64,000 nucleotides of DNA from Dehalococcoidia bacterium (GTDB taxonomy: Bacteria; Chloroflexota; Dehalococcoidia; Lucifugimonadales; UBA2985). Positions 1-8,965 of the stretch are shown here, in pieces. Positions within the stretch are counted from its first letter, which is position 1, and the number at the start of each line of letters is the position of its first letter. The stretch covers positions 1,909,540-1,973,539 of the forward strand of contig OZ252018.1 of NCBI GenBank assembly GCA_965247535.1. Reading direction: 5' to 3'. The notes beneath the pieces were generated by a model. The model searched no databases. It worked only from the letters and a program-made list of their open reading frames with translations, and was not told where the DNA came from. The position numbers were made by a program, and so were the translations under genes.

Positions 1-606
1 CGGCACACCCTGCTTGATGATACCGGCCTTCTCCATCGCGATTTCCGCCAGCGTGTCGCCGAGCACTTCCGTATGGTCCAGTCCGAGCGAGGTGATACCG
101 CAGGCGAGGGGCTGGACGACGTTCGTCGAGTCCAGCCTTCCGCCCAAGCCCACCTCGATGACCTGCGCGCCGACGCCGTGCTCGCGGAAGCAGTGGAACG
201 CCATCGCCGTGAGCAGCTCGAATACGGTCACGCGGCCGTGGCCCGTGCGTCGCATTTCCTCCACAGCGGGCCACAGCGCCTCAACCAGCCCTGCGAACTC
301 GTCCTCCGGGATGGGTTGGCCACCGACGCGAATGCGCTCCCGGAAGGTGTGCAGGTGCGGCGAGGTGAACAGCCCCGTCGAAAGGCCCGCCGCGTTCAGG
401 ATCGATGCAACCATTGCCGTGGTGCTCCCCTTGCCCTTGGTTCCGGCGACGTGTACGGTGGGCACGCCCAGGTGCGGGCTGCCCAGCATCTCCAGCAGCG
501 CACCGATGCGCTCCAGATCGTAGCGGGCGCGGCCGCCCGGTATGGTGGCGGGGCGCTCGTAGTCCACCATGCCCATGATGCGCTCTATGGCCTCAGCGTA
601 TCTCAA
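1..606 (-). CDS. folC: Folylpolyglutamate synthase / dihydrofolate synthase, N-terminal part (3' end beyond left edge)
   Basis: Minus-strand translation from TTG at 604-606 (GGGAGAG SD 4 nt upstream) reads ...LGSPHLGVPTVHVAGTKGKGSTTAMVASILNAAGLSTGLFTSPHLHTFRERI...IEVGLGGRLDSTNVV...GLDHTEVLGDTLAEIAMEKAGIIK. It carries the Mur-ligase P-loop GTKGKGS and FolC-type motifs. There is no stop inside the window, so it is absent from the ORF track. The + strand ORFs 14..523 and 73..645 are antisense shadows. Confidence 0.85.
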   Translation of the reverse strand, partial: MRYAEAIERIMGMVDYERPATIPGGRARYDLERIGALLEMLGSPHLGVPTVHVAGTKGKGSTTAMVASILNAAGLSTGLFTSPHLHTFRERIRVGGQPIPEDEFAGLVEALWPAVEEMRRTGHGRVTVFELLTAMAFHCFREHGVGAQVIEVGLGGRLDSTNVVQPLACGITSLGLDHTEVLGDTLAEIAMEKAGIIKQGVP

Positions 607-616
607 TCGGCTCTCC

Positions 617-1564
617 CTAACCGCCCCTTATGCGGCCCGGCATGAAGCCGAGCGCAGTCCTCAGGGCCTCCAAGTATGACATGCTGCGAATGTACCCCAC
701 GTTGCCCTCCAGCGTGCGGGGCTTGATCCTGAACACCGCTTCCACCGGCGGCTCGCTCGTCACGTTGTCCAGGGCGAGCATCCGCAGCTGGTTCGTGGTC
801 GCGGGCGGATTGGGTATTACCGCCTCCATAATTCGCACGGCCGCGAACATCAGCGACAGCGGAATGTGCACCTTGAGGCGACGGACGCCCAGAGTCCTCT
901 TAACCACGTCCACGATTTCGTCGTAGGACAGGCGTTGGGGGCCGCCCATCTCAATCGTCCTACCGCCGAAGCGCGGGTTGCCAGCCACCTCCGCCACCGC
1001 GGCGCCCACCTCCTCCACGGATATGGGCTGAAGCAGCGTCTTGCCGGTGCCCGCGACGGGCACGATGGGGAAGGCTCTCACCATCCCCGCCAGCGTGTTA
1101 ATGAACTCGTCGCCAACCCCAAACAGAAGCGAGGGCCGGAGGATGGTGTACGCCACGCCGCTCCTCAGAACCGCCTGCTCGCCCTGCCACTTGGAGTGCA
1201 GATACGGATAGGCGGGGTTATCCTGCGCGCCAATCGCGCTTACGTGCACCATGTGCCTCACGCCGGCCAGCCGCGCCTCGTGTGCAACGGTCTCCGTGGC
1301 CTGCCGGTTCACGAGATCGAAGGTGCGATTGCCGCGCTCGCGGATGATGGCCACCAGGTGGACCACCGCGTCGACGCCGTCCATTGCCCGCGCAACGCTT
1401 GGGGGGTCCGTCACGTCGCCGTAGGAAAGCTCAACGCCGTAGTCGAGAATCCGGCGCGCCCTGCCAGGACTGCGAACAAGGCAGCGCACGTCTCTGCCGC
1501 GGGTTCGCAGCGCCCTGACGACGTTCCTTCCCACGAAACCCGTGGCGCCGGTAACAAGTATCAT
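617..1564 (-). CDS. NAD(P)H-binding atypical SDR (NDUFA9/NmrA-like)
   Basis: 315 aa. N-terminal Rossmann motif ILVTGATGFVGRNVV and a YLHSK active-site-like motif. Overall NDUFA9-like pattern. Confidence 0.8.
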   Translation of the reverse strand: MILVTGATGFVGRNVVRALRTRGRDVRCLVRSPGRARRILDYGVELSYGDVTDPPSVARAMDGVDAVVHLVAIIRERGNRTFDLVNRQATETVAHEARLAGVRHMVHVSAIGAQDNPAYPYLHSKWQGEQAVLRSGVAYTILRPSLLFGVGDEFINTLAGMVRAFPIVPVAGTGKTLLQPISVEEVGAAVAEVAGNPRFGGRTIEMGGPQRLSYDEIVDVVKRTLGVRRLKVHIPLSLMFAAVRIMEAVIPNPPATTNQLRMLALDNVTSEPPVEAVFRIKPRTLEGNVGYIRSMSYLEALRTALGFMPGRIRGG

Positions 1565-1671
1565 GCTGTGCTTGAGGATGGGAGTATTTGAAGACTATCA
1601 GATGGCATTTGGGGTGTCAACGCGAGCGCCGCGGCGCAGCGCATGGCAAGGGCAGCCTGGGGAGTCCAGTC

Positions 1672-2340
1672 CTACACCGGCCAGTCCTGCATATTGTACG
1701 ACATCTCCCAGAAGAGGTACTCGTAGCGGGTTGCCGTCAGGAAGTGGTCCTCCAGCCTCCGCATCTCCGCTTCGTCCGCGTTCTCGGTCAGCGAGTCCAG
1801 GAGCTCCCGCAACCACTCCACGAACTTGCCGAACTCCTCGTCCGAATACATGCGTATCCACTCCGCGTACGGGTTCGCCTCCGAGGCGTCGCCAGTGCGG
1901 GCGAGGTGCGCTCCGGTCTCGTAGTAGCCCCACTGGCACGGCAGCAGGTTGGCGATGACGTCGGTGAGCGTGCCCTCGTAGGCCACGCGAAGCAGGTAGT
2001 CCGAGTAGGCCAGCGTGACCGGCGCAGGTCGCACGGCGGAAAGCTCCTCGGCCGATACGCCGAGCCTGCGGCAATACGAGCGGTGCAGCTCCATCTCGGT
2101 GTTCAACGTCTCACCCAGCAGCGCAGAGAAACGGCTGATGCCATCCAGGTCAGGCGCCTTGGCCGCAGCCAGCGCGAGCATGCGTGCGTATTGCACCAGG
2201 AAGAAGTAGTCCTGCTTCATGTAGAAGAGGAATCGGTCCACGGGCAGGGTGCCGTCGCCGACGCCCAGCACGAACGGGTGGCCGAACAGCCTGTCCCACA
2301 GGTAGCCGAACCTCTCGCGAAGGTGCGCGCTAGTGCTCAC
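1672..2340 (-). CDS. tenA: TenA / thiaminase II family protein (aminopyrimidine aminohydrolase)
   Basis: 222 aa with the TenA-type pattern FLFYMKQDYFFLVQYARMLA...LLPCQWGYYE...RYEYLFWEM. GTG start at 2340 overlaps the ubiE stop (GTGA). Confidence 0.8.
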   Translation of the reverse strand: MSTSAHLRERFGYLWDRLFGHPFVLGVGDGTLPVDRFLFYMKQDYFFLVQYARMLALAAAKAPDLDGISRFSALLGETLNTEMELHRSYCRRLGVSAEELSAVRPAPVTLAYSDYLLRVAYEGTLTDVIANLLPCQWGYYETGAHLARTGDASEANPYAEWIRMYSDEEFGKFVEWLRELLDSLTENADEAEMRRLEDHFLTATRYEYLFWEMSYNMQDWPV

Positions 2341-3080
2341 GCGGGCTCCGCCTCCCTGCGGGGCTTCTCGCCCGCGTGAATCGCCACCGTGCCGAGCCCC
2401 ATCTTTCTGAATTCGACGTCCCTAAGGCCGACACCCTCCATCAAGGCCACCAGCTCCTCCGCCGTTACGTAGTGCTGCACGGACTCCGGCAGGTAGGTGT
2501 ACGCCTCCCTGCTGCCGCCTACGAGCGACCCCATCCACGGGACGGCACTCCGGAAGTACCACTGGAACAGGCGGCTCAGGCCGTCGCTGCCCTTCACGGG
2601 CACGATGTCCAGGATTACCACGCGGCCGCCCGGGGCCAACACGCGTGTCATCTCGCCCAGCGCCGCCCCCAGGTCCGAGAAGTTGCGCAGACCGAACCCG
2701 CAGGTGATGCTGCGGAACCGTCCGTCCGAGAAGGGCAAGCTGAGAGCGTCGCCGCGCACCCAGTGCACGCGCGGCGCCTCGCCCACGTGCCTGCGCGTCT
2801 TCGCGCGAGCGCGTGCCAACATCCGCGGCGCAAAGTCCAGCCCTACCACCCGCGACACCGACGGCCTGTCTGCCAGCTCCCACGCCATGTCACCCGTGCC
2901 CGTAGCAATGTCCAGCGCCTCACCGGAGCCCGCGCGGCCGGCCACCGCCGTTGTCCTCCACCGCCACAGGTGGTGCATACCACCGGTCATCAACGTGTTC
3001 ATCAGGTCGTAGCGGCCGGAGATGCCGTCGAACATCGAGGACACGTAGCGGGCTTTGTCGTCGCCCTTTAGCTGGACCAT
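2337..3080 (-). CDS. ubiE: Demethylmenaquinone/ubiquinone C-methyltransferase (UbiE/MenG family)
   Basis: ORF 2337..3188 trimmed to the ATG at 3080 (MVQLKGDDKARYVSSMFDGISGRYDLMNTLMTGGMHHLWR...), 10 nt after the ubiX stop. SAM-binding LDIATGTGD. The upstream extension is W/R-rich and overlaps ubiX. Confidence 0.85.
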   Translation of the reverse strand: MVQLKGDDKARYVSSMFDGISGRYDLMNTLMTGGMHHLWRWRTTAVAGRAGSGEALDIATGTGDMAWELADRPSVSRVVGLDFAPRMLARARAKTRRHVGEAPRVHWVRGDALSLPFSDGRFRSITCGFGLRNFSDLGAALGEMTRVLAPGGRVVILDIVPVKGSDGLSRLFQWYFRSAVPWMGSLVGGSREAYTYLPESVQHYVTAEELVALMEGVGLRDVEFRKMGLGTVAIHAGEKPRREAEPA

Positions 3081-3090
3081 GCGCCCGCTC

Positions 3091-3681
3091 CTAGTCGCTC
3101 CGCCGCTGGTATCGCATCCCATCGTCCATGAACCAGTCCAGTCCAAGCGCCTCCAGAGCCTTGGCCACCACGTACTCCACCACGTCATCCACCGATTGCG
3201 GCCGGAGGTAGAACGCAGGCTCCGGCGGCAGCACGGTCACGCCCAGGCGGGCCAGAGCCAGCATGTTCTCCAGGTGTATCGGCGAAAGCGGTGTCTCCCG
3301 CGGCACCACCACCAGCCGGCGCCTCTCCTTCAGGCACACGTCCGCGGCGCGCTGCAGCAGGTTGGATGACAGACCGTGCGCTACGGCCGCCATGGTGCCG
3401 GTGCTGCACGGAACGATCACCATTCCGGCCGTGCGCGTTGTGCCGCTGGCGATGGGAGCCTTGAGGTCGCCGATCGCGTGGTAGGTGAAGTTGGGAAACT
3501 CCTGCCACCTCGCCACCGCCGAGTTGAAGGGCGTCTCCATCTCCTCCTGCCACACCATCCGGCCCGCATTTGTGCACGTGGCAATTACGGGAACGTCGCG
3601 CCCCAGCAGCACGTCTATGGCGCGTTCCGCCATCGCCGAGCCGCTCGCTCCCGAAATGCCGACTATGACCGGGTCCATCAC
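3091..3681 (-). CDS. ubiX: Flavin prenyltransferase, UbiX/Pad1 family
   Basis: 196 aa. VIVGISGASGSAMA... and PCSTGTMAAVAHGLSSNLLQRAADVCLKERRRLVVVPRETPL are typical of UbiX. Confidence 0.9.
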   Translation of the reverse strand: MMDPVIVGISGASGSAMAERAIDVLLGRDVPVIATCTNAGRMVWQEEMETPFNSAVARWQEFPNFTYHAIGDLKAPIASGTTRTAGMVIVPCSTGTMAAVAHGLSSNLLQRAADVCLKERRRLVVVPRETPLSPIHLENMLALARLGVTVLPPEPAFYLRPQSVDDVVEYVVAKALEALGLDWFMDDGMRYQRRSD

Positions 3682-3696
3682 ACCGTCACCTTACCC

Positions 3697-4611
3697 CTAC
3701 ACGTAGATCGATGCAAACGTGAACACGAACACGATAACGGCTATGTAGCCGTTCACGCTGAAGAAAGCCAGGTTGAGCCTCGAAAGGTCTGTTGGGGAGA
3801 CCAACCTGTGCTCATAAATCAGAAGCCCCGCGGCCAGTACCCAGCCCACGTAGAACGGCCAACCCAGCCCCATCCACGGGCCGATCGCCAAGAGGGATGC
3901 GGCCGTGAGCAGGTGCATGGCCTTCGCCGACCAGAGAGCCGCCGCAATGCCGAACTTCTGCGGTATCGAGTGCAGTCCGCTCTGCCTGTCGAAGTCGTAG
4001 TCCTGGCAGGCGTAGAGCATATCGAACCCGCCGATCCACGCGGCAACGGCAAACGCCATCAGCACCGGTTCCCAACTGAGCGAGCCGGTCACTGCGATCC
4101 ATCCACCGACCGGGGCAATGCCGTCCGCCCAGCCGAGAATGAAGTGCGACGTCCATGTGAACCGCTTGGTGTATGAGTAGCCCACCACCACCACGGCCGC
4201 CACAGGCGCCAGCACAAGCGCCAGCGTGTTTAGCATGGCCGCCGCAAGCAGGAACACGGCCAGCGACACCAGTGCCATGGCTCGCATTTCCCACAGCTTC
4301 AGCCTGCCGGACGGCAACGGCCGCGACGCCGTGCGCGGATTCCGGGCGTCCAGGTGCCGGTCAATGATCCGGTTGGCGGACATGGCCAGCGTACGAGCGG
4401 AGGCCATGGCCACGGTGATCCAAACGAACTGTGCCAGGGTGGGCAGGCCGTCCGCGGCCAGTATCATGCCCAGGTACGCGAATGGCAGGGCAAATACGGT
4501 GTGCTCGAATCGTATCGAGTCCAGGAGCAGGCGCAGCTTGGACAAGGGCGGAAAGCCAGCCTCTCTTGGATGTGAAGTTGCCACTGCCGCAGGTCCTCCG
4601 CGCCGGCGCAT
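3697..4611 (-). CDS. ubiA: UbiA-superfamily aromatic polyprenyltransferase
   Basis: 304 aa, multi-TM. First Asp-rich motif NRIIDRHLDARNPRTASRPLPSG and second motif QDYDFDRQSG. Confidence 0.85.
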   Translation of the reverse strand: MRRRGGPAAVATSHPREAGFPPLSKLRLLLDSIRFEHTVFALPFAYLGMILAADGLPTLAQFVWITVAMASARTLAMSANRIIDRHLDARNPRTASRPLPSGRLKLWEMRAMALVSLAVFLLAAAMLNTLALVLAPVAAVVVVGYSYTKRFTWTSHFILGWADGIAPVGGWIAVTGSLSWEPVLMAFAVAAWIGGFDMLYACQDYDFDRQSGLHSIPQKFGIAAALWSAKAMHLLTAASLLAIGPWMGLGWPFYVGWVLAAGLLIYEHRLVSPTDLSRLNLAFFSVNGYIAVIVFVFTFASIYV

Positions 4612-4700
4612 GGTCCGGGGTCAAGCGTAGTATAGTGCAATTCCGCCACCAATGACAGACGAAACGCCCCCTGCCGGTACGCTTGCGCGCTCCGGAGCGG

Positions 4701-5339
4701 CTACGACCAGGCGTCCTTTCCCTGGAGAGGCACGAAGCGGCACGCTCCAAGGCTGCTGGTGGCGTAGCCGCCCCTCTTTCGGGTCACCTTCATGAGCCAC
4801 TGCTCGTCCTGCGAACCGACCGGGATCACCAGGCGGCCTCCCACCGCCAGCTGTTCCATCAGCGACCGCGGAAGTCTGGGGGCCGCGGCCGTGACCACAA
4901 TGGCGTCGAAGGGGGCCTGCTCCGGCAGGCCAAGCTCGCAACCCGCCCTGTGAACCTCCACGTTGCTGTAGCCCAGGGAGCGGAGGAGCGCTGAAGCTCC
5001 TTTGGCCAGGGACGCAACGCGCTCTACGGAGTACACCCTCCGCGCCAGCAGCGAGAGGATCGCGGCTTGATACCCGCTGCCCGTGCCCAGCTCCAGCACG
5101 CGGTCTCGTGGGCGGACGTCCAGCGCGTGCGTCATTAGCGCAACGATGTATGGCTGGGAGATGGTCTGCCCCCCGCCTATGGGCAGCGGAATGTCCTCGT
5201 AGCTCTGGTGCCAGCTCTCCTCGGGCACGAAGAGCTCGCGTGGCACCCTTGCCATGGCATCCAGCACAGCCTTCCAGCGGCGCTGCCGGCGCAGGCCCGC
5301 GAACAGCCTTTCCCTGGCGCGCTCCAGCTCCGTGGACAC
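4701..5339 (-). CDS. pcm: Protein-L-isoaspartate O-methyltransferase
   Basis: ORF 4701..5792 trimmed to the in-frame GTG at 5339, preceded by GGAGGAGG. Motifs GQTISQPYIVALMTHAL and VLELGTGSGYQAAILS. The longer upstream extension has no Pcm-like sequence. Confidence 0.85.
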   Translation of the reverse strand: MSTELERARERLFAGLRRQRRWKAVLDAMARVPRELFVPEESWHQSYEDIPLPIGGGQTISQPYIVALMTHALDVRPRDRVLELGTGSGYQAAILSLLARRVYSVERVASLAKGASALLRSLGYSNVEVHRAGCELGLPEQAPFDAIVVTAAAPRLPRSLMEQLAVGGRLVIPVGSQDEQWLMKVTRKRGGYATSSLGACRFVPLQGKDAWS

Positions 5340-5502
5340 ACCGACACCTCCTCCGTGAATGTAACATCCGCATACCCAGGCTGCAACCGGCGGAGTGCTG
5401 CAACGCCGAGGCCTGGCCCGCTTGCGTGCGTGTTGCGCTTGGCACGGAAGCGGTGATAAACTCACTCGCATCCAGGGCAGGTCCCGGCCGTATTCATCAC
5501 TC

Positions 5503-7347
5503 ATGTTCCCATACGGACTAATAGGCGATATGTCCTCCGCGGCGCTCGTCGGGACCGACGGCTCGATCGACTGGTGTTGCTTTCCGCGCTTCGACTCCCC
5601 AAGCGTATTCGCCGCCATCCTGGACGAAGACGTGGGCGGCCGCTTCAAGATCTCCCCCGCCGGCACAGTCCTGGAGTCAAGCCAGAAGTACCTGCCCGAT
5701 ACCAACATCCTGGAGACAACATTCCGCACTGAGAACGGCCTGGTCTCCATCACGGACTTCATGCCCGTAACCGACGACGACGATCCGGCCACGCTGCCCG
5801 TGCACCTCCACGAGATTCACCGCATCGTCACGTGCCTTGCGGGGGAGGTGCAGATGCGATGCGACTTCCAGCCCCGCCACAACTACGGCCGCAGCACTCC
5901 GGCATTCCGCATGCTGCGGGGCAACACGGCGGTGGAGGCGCGCGGCGGACGCCAGACGATGACATTGCTGGCAAGCGTGCTTATGTCCGCCGACGAGAAC
6001 GGGGGATACTCCAACTTCGGACTCACCGCGGGACAGAGCGCTATCTTCGTGCTGGTGTACGGCCACGGCCGCCCGGTGCGCGTGGAGAGACTGAACACAC
6101 CTGTGAAGCTTTACCACACCCGTCGCTACTGGCAGGAACTCGTGGCATCCATGGACTACCAGGGCCTGTGGCGGGACGCAATAGTCCGCTCCTTCCTTGT
6201 GCTCCACCTGATGATGTTCCGGGAAACGGGGGCCATAGTCGCCGCGCCGACCACCAGCCTGCCGGAGACCATCGGCGGCACGCGAAACTGGGACTATCGC
6301 TTCGCGTGGCTTCGCGACTCCGCCTTCACCGTGGACATCCTCTACCGGCTGGGTGACTACTACGGCGCCGACCGTTACATCCACTGGCTGCTGGAGCAGT
6401 GCAGGCTCACGGAGGGCAACACGAGCATTGTATACGGCATCAGCCGCGGCTCGTCGCTCAGGGAGCTAACGCTGGACCACTTGTCGGGGTACAGGGACTC
6501 GCGTCCCGTGCGCATAGGGAACGGGGCGGCGCGCCACCTCCAGCTGGACGTCTTCGGGGAGGTCATAATCTCCATTCACTCGCTGCTGCTGCTGGAGGGC
6601 CAAATACCCCGCCAGGCCTGGGAGCTTGTGGAGTCGCTGGCCGAGACCGTCATGGCCAACTGGCGCCGTCGCGACCGCGGCATCTGGGAGGTGCGCGGCG
6701 AGCAAAAACACTTCGTGTACTCCAAGGTGATGTGCTGGGTGGCGCTGGACCGGGCCTCCTACATCGCGAACAGGCTGGGAGATACGCCGCGTGCGCGCCG
6801 CTGGGCCGGGACGGCTCGACAGATCGCGCGGGAGATCCTGGACGCCGGCTGGAGTCCCGACAAGAAGGCGTTCCGTCAGCGCTACGATAGCGACACCCTG
6901 GACGCGTCCAACCTGGTCATCCCATTCCTGGGCCTGCTCCGGCGGGACGACCCTCGCATTCGCCAGAACCTTGACGCCGTGGAACGCGAGTTGACCGACG
7001 GGCCGCTGGTCTGGAGATACCTGCCGGAGGAGACGGACGACGGGCTATCAGGCCAGCCGGAGGGAGCATTCTCACTCCTAAGCTTTTGGTTGATCGGCAA
7101 CCTAGTGTACACGGGCCAGACCGACCGCGGCTTCGATTACTTCCACGAGATCATCACCAAGCGCGCCAACCACCTGGGGCTGCTGTCCGAGATGTTCGAC
7201 CCGGTCTCCAACGAGCAACTGGGCAACTTCCCGCAGGGGTACTCCCACGTGGGGCTAATCCACACGGCCCTGAACCTATCGAGGTTCATAGCCGACACGA
7301 GCATACGGCGAGCACGCCGCACACCCCGCCGCACTCGCAGGTCGTGA
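5503..7347 (+). CDS. Glycoside hydrolase family 15 protein (glucoamylase/trehalase-like)
   Basis: ORF 5395.. trimmed to ATG 5503 (MFPYGLIGDMSSAALVGTDGSIDWCCFPRFDSPSVFAAILD...). Later motifs: SLPETIGGTRNWDYRFAWLRDSAF and GNFPQGYSHVGLI. Arg-rich C-terminal tail RRARRTPRRTRRS. Confidence 0.85.
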   Translation: MFPYGLIGDMSSAALVGTDGSIDWCCFPRFDSPSVFAAILDEDVGGRFKISPAGTVLESSQKYLPDTNILETTFRTENGLVSITDFMPVTDDDDPATLPVHLHEIHRIVTCLAGEVQMRCDFQPRHNYGRSTPAFRMLRGNTAVEARGGRQTMTLLASVLMSADENGGYSNFGLTAGQSAIFVLVYGHGRPVRVERLNTPVKLYHTRRYWQELVASMDYQGLWRDAIVRSFLVLHLMMFRETGAIVAAPTTSLPETIGGTRNWDYRFAWLRDSAFTVDILYRLGDYYGADRYIHWLLEQCRLTEGNTSIVYGISRGSSLRELTLDHLSGYRDSRPVRIGNGAARHLQLDVFGEVIISIHSLLLLEGQIPRQAWELVESLAETVMANWRRRDRGIWEVRGEQKHFVYSKVMCWVALDRASYIANRLGDTPRARRWAGTARQIAREILDAGWSPDKKAFRQRYDSDTLDASNLVIPFLGLLRRDDPRIRQNLDAVERELTDGPLVWRYLPEETDDGLSGQPEGAFSLLSFWLIGNLVYTGQTDRGFDYFHEIITKRANHLGLLSEMFDPVSNEQLGNFPQGYSHVGLIHTALNLSRFIADTSIRRARRTPRRTRRS

Positions 7348-7372
7348 GCCGGAGCTGCCGGCGCGGCGGCGC

Positions 7373-8173
7373 CTACTCCTCCTCTTCCTCCTGCTCCACC
7401 TTACCCAGGAACACCTCAGTCAGTATGTCGGTCTCCAGGACCTCCGCAGGCGTGCCGTTGAAGACCACACGTCCGGCGTCCAGCACGTAAGCCCGGTCCA
7501 CGATGTCCAGGACGCCCCGAATGTTGTGCTCCACGACCATGATGGTGGTGCCCAGCGTCTTCCCAATGGACTCGATCGTGCGGAACACCTCCTTCACAAT
7601 CACGGGCGCCAGTCCGAGCGTCGGCTCGTCCAGCAGGAGCGCCTCCGGGCTGGCCATCAGGCCGCGGCCCAGGGCGAGCATCTGCTGCTGCCCGCCGGAC
7701 ATCTGGCTTGCCGGGTCGCGGCGCTTCTCGCGGAGGATGGGGAACAGATCCATGACGGACTCTCTGCGCCGCGCTCTCTCCGCGCTGTCCTTCACGAAGA
7801 GGCAGCCCATCTCCAGGTTCTCCTCAATTGTTAGGTGGGTGAAGAGCCGCCTGCCCTGGGGCACGAACGAAATGCCTTCCTTCACTATCTCGTGAGTGGC
7901 GGAGGACAGCCTCTCTCCTCGCCAGTAAACCTGGCCGGAAACCACGGGCGCAAGCCCCATGACGGCCTTGAGCACGGTAGACTTGCCCGCGCCGTTCGGG
8001 CCCATCACCGCCACCACCTCGCCCCTACGAACGCCCAGGGAGGCGGTGTCCAGCGCGGACACGGCGCCATACCTGACAGAAACGTTCTCAAGCGCCAGCA
8101 GCGGCGCGGCACCTTCGTCGCCGTCCCCGGCCGGTCGTCCGCCGCTGTTGGCCTGCGAGCCTGTTACAGACAT
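7373..8173 (-). CDS. livF: Branched-chain amino-acid ABC transporter ATP-binding protein (LivF type)
   Basis: 266 aa. Walker A GPNGAGKST, signature MSGGQQQML, Walker B LLLDEPT. Acidic tail EQEEEEE. Confidence 0.85.
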   Translation of the reverse strand: MSVTGSQANSGGRPAGDGDEGAAPLLALENVSVRYGAVSALDTASLGVRRGEVVAVMGPNGAGKSTVLKAVMGLAPVVSGQVYWRGERLSSATHEIVKEGISFVPQGRRLFTHLTIEENLEMGCLFVKDSAERARRRESVMDLFPILREKRRDPASQMSGGQQQMLALGRGLMASPEALLLDEPTLGLAPVIVKEVFRTIESIGKTLGTTIMVVEHNIRGVLDIVDRAYVLDAGRVVFNGTPAEVLETDILTEVFLGKVEQEEEEE

Positions 8174-8203
8174 ACCTCACACCTCGAATGACAGCCTAGG
8201 CCG

Positions 8204-8965
8204 CTACACACCCAGGTAAGCCTCAATGACCTCCGGACGCGAGAGCACCTCCTCCACGTCGCCCTCCACCAGCAGCTTGCCGCTGTCCATGACGATCAGG
8301 TGGTCGGCCAGCTCGCGCACCAGGTCCATGTTGTGGGAGATGAAGATGATGGCGCGTCCGTCGTCGCGCATCCTCTTGACCAGCGTCTTGACACGCTCCA
8401 GCATTTGCGGGAAGAGGCCCGCGAACGGCTCATCGAACAGGTAGGTGTGCACGTCCATGGCAAGAGCCCTGCCCATCTCCAGCAGCTTCCTTTGCCCGTA
8501 GGACAGGTCCATTGCCAGCGAGTCACGCTTCTCCCACATGCCAACCGCCTCTAGGATGGACTGCGCTCGATCACGGTGACGTGCGCGTGTGCGCTGAAGC
8601 ATGGCCGGAAGGAGGCGCCGCTCCGTGAGCACCACCAGGATGTTGTCCAACACGCTTATCTGGTCGAACAGCCTCACGTCCTGAAACGTTCGGGTGATGC
8701 CCAGGCCCGGTATCTCGTGCGCCCGGATCACCTTCAAGCCCACGCCGTCGACCACAATCGCGCCGCCGTCCAGGGGCAGCATCCCGCTGAGCAGATTGAT
8801 GAGCGTGGACTTGCCGGAGCCGTTCGGCCCTACGATGGCGGTCATGCCCGTTCGAGGTACTGATATCGAGAGCTCGTCGACGGCCGTAACGCCGCCAAAG
8901 CGCTTGGTTACGCCCCGGGTCTCCAGCGCGTACTCCTTCCGCGGATCAGGGGACGACTCGCTCAC
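8204..8965 (-). CDS. livG: Branched-chain amino-acid ABC transporter ATP-binding protein (LivG type)
   Basis: ORF 8204..9670 trimmed to the GTG at 8965, which overlaps the livM TGA (GTGA). Reads KEYALETRGVTKRFGGVTAVDELS...GPNGSGKSTLINLLSG...LSYGQRKLLEM. The upstream 235 codons are R/G/A-rich and overlap livM. Confidence 0.85.
   Translation of the reverse strand: MSESSPDPRKEYALETRGVTKRFGGVTAVDELSISVPRTGMTAIVGPNGSGKSTLINLLSGMLPLDGGAIVVDGVGLKVIRAHEIPGLGITRTFQDVRLFDQISVLDNILVVLTERRLLPAMLQRTRARHRDRAQSILEAVGMWEKRDSLAMDLSYGQRKLLEMGRALAMDVHTYLFDEPFAGLFPQMLERVKTLVKRMRDDGRAIIFISHNMDLVRELADHLIVMDSGKLLVEGDVEEVLSRPEVIEAYLGV

Noticed and set aside
14-645. Plus-strand ORFs 14..523 and 73..645
   Set aside because: They are Arg/Ala/Pro/Ser-rich with no motifs. 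The opposite strand encodes an unmistakable FolC N-terminus, so these are antisense shadow ORFs typical of high-GC DNA.
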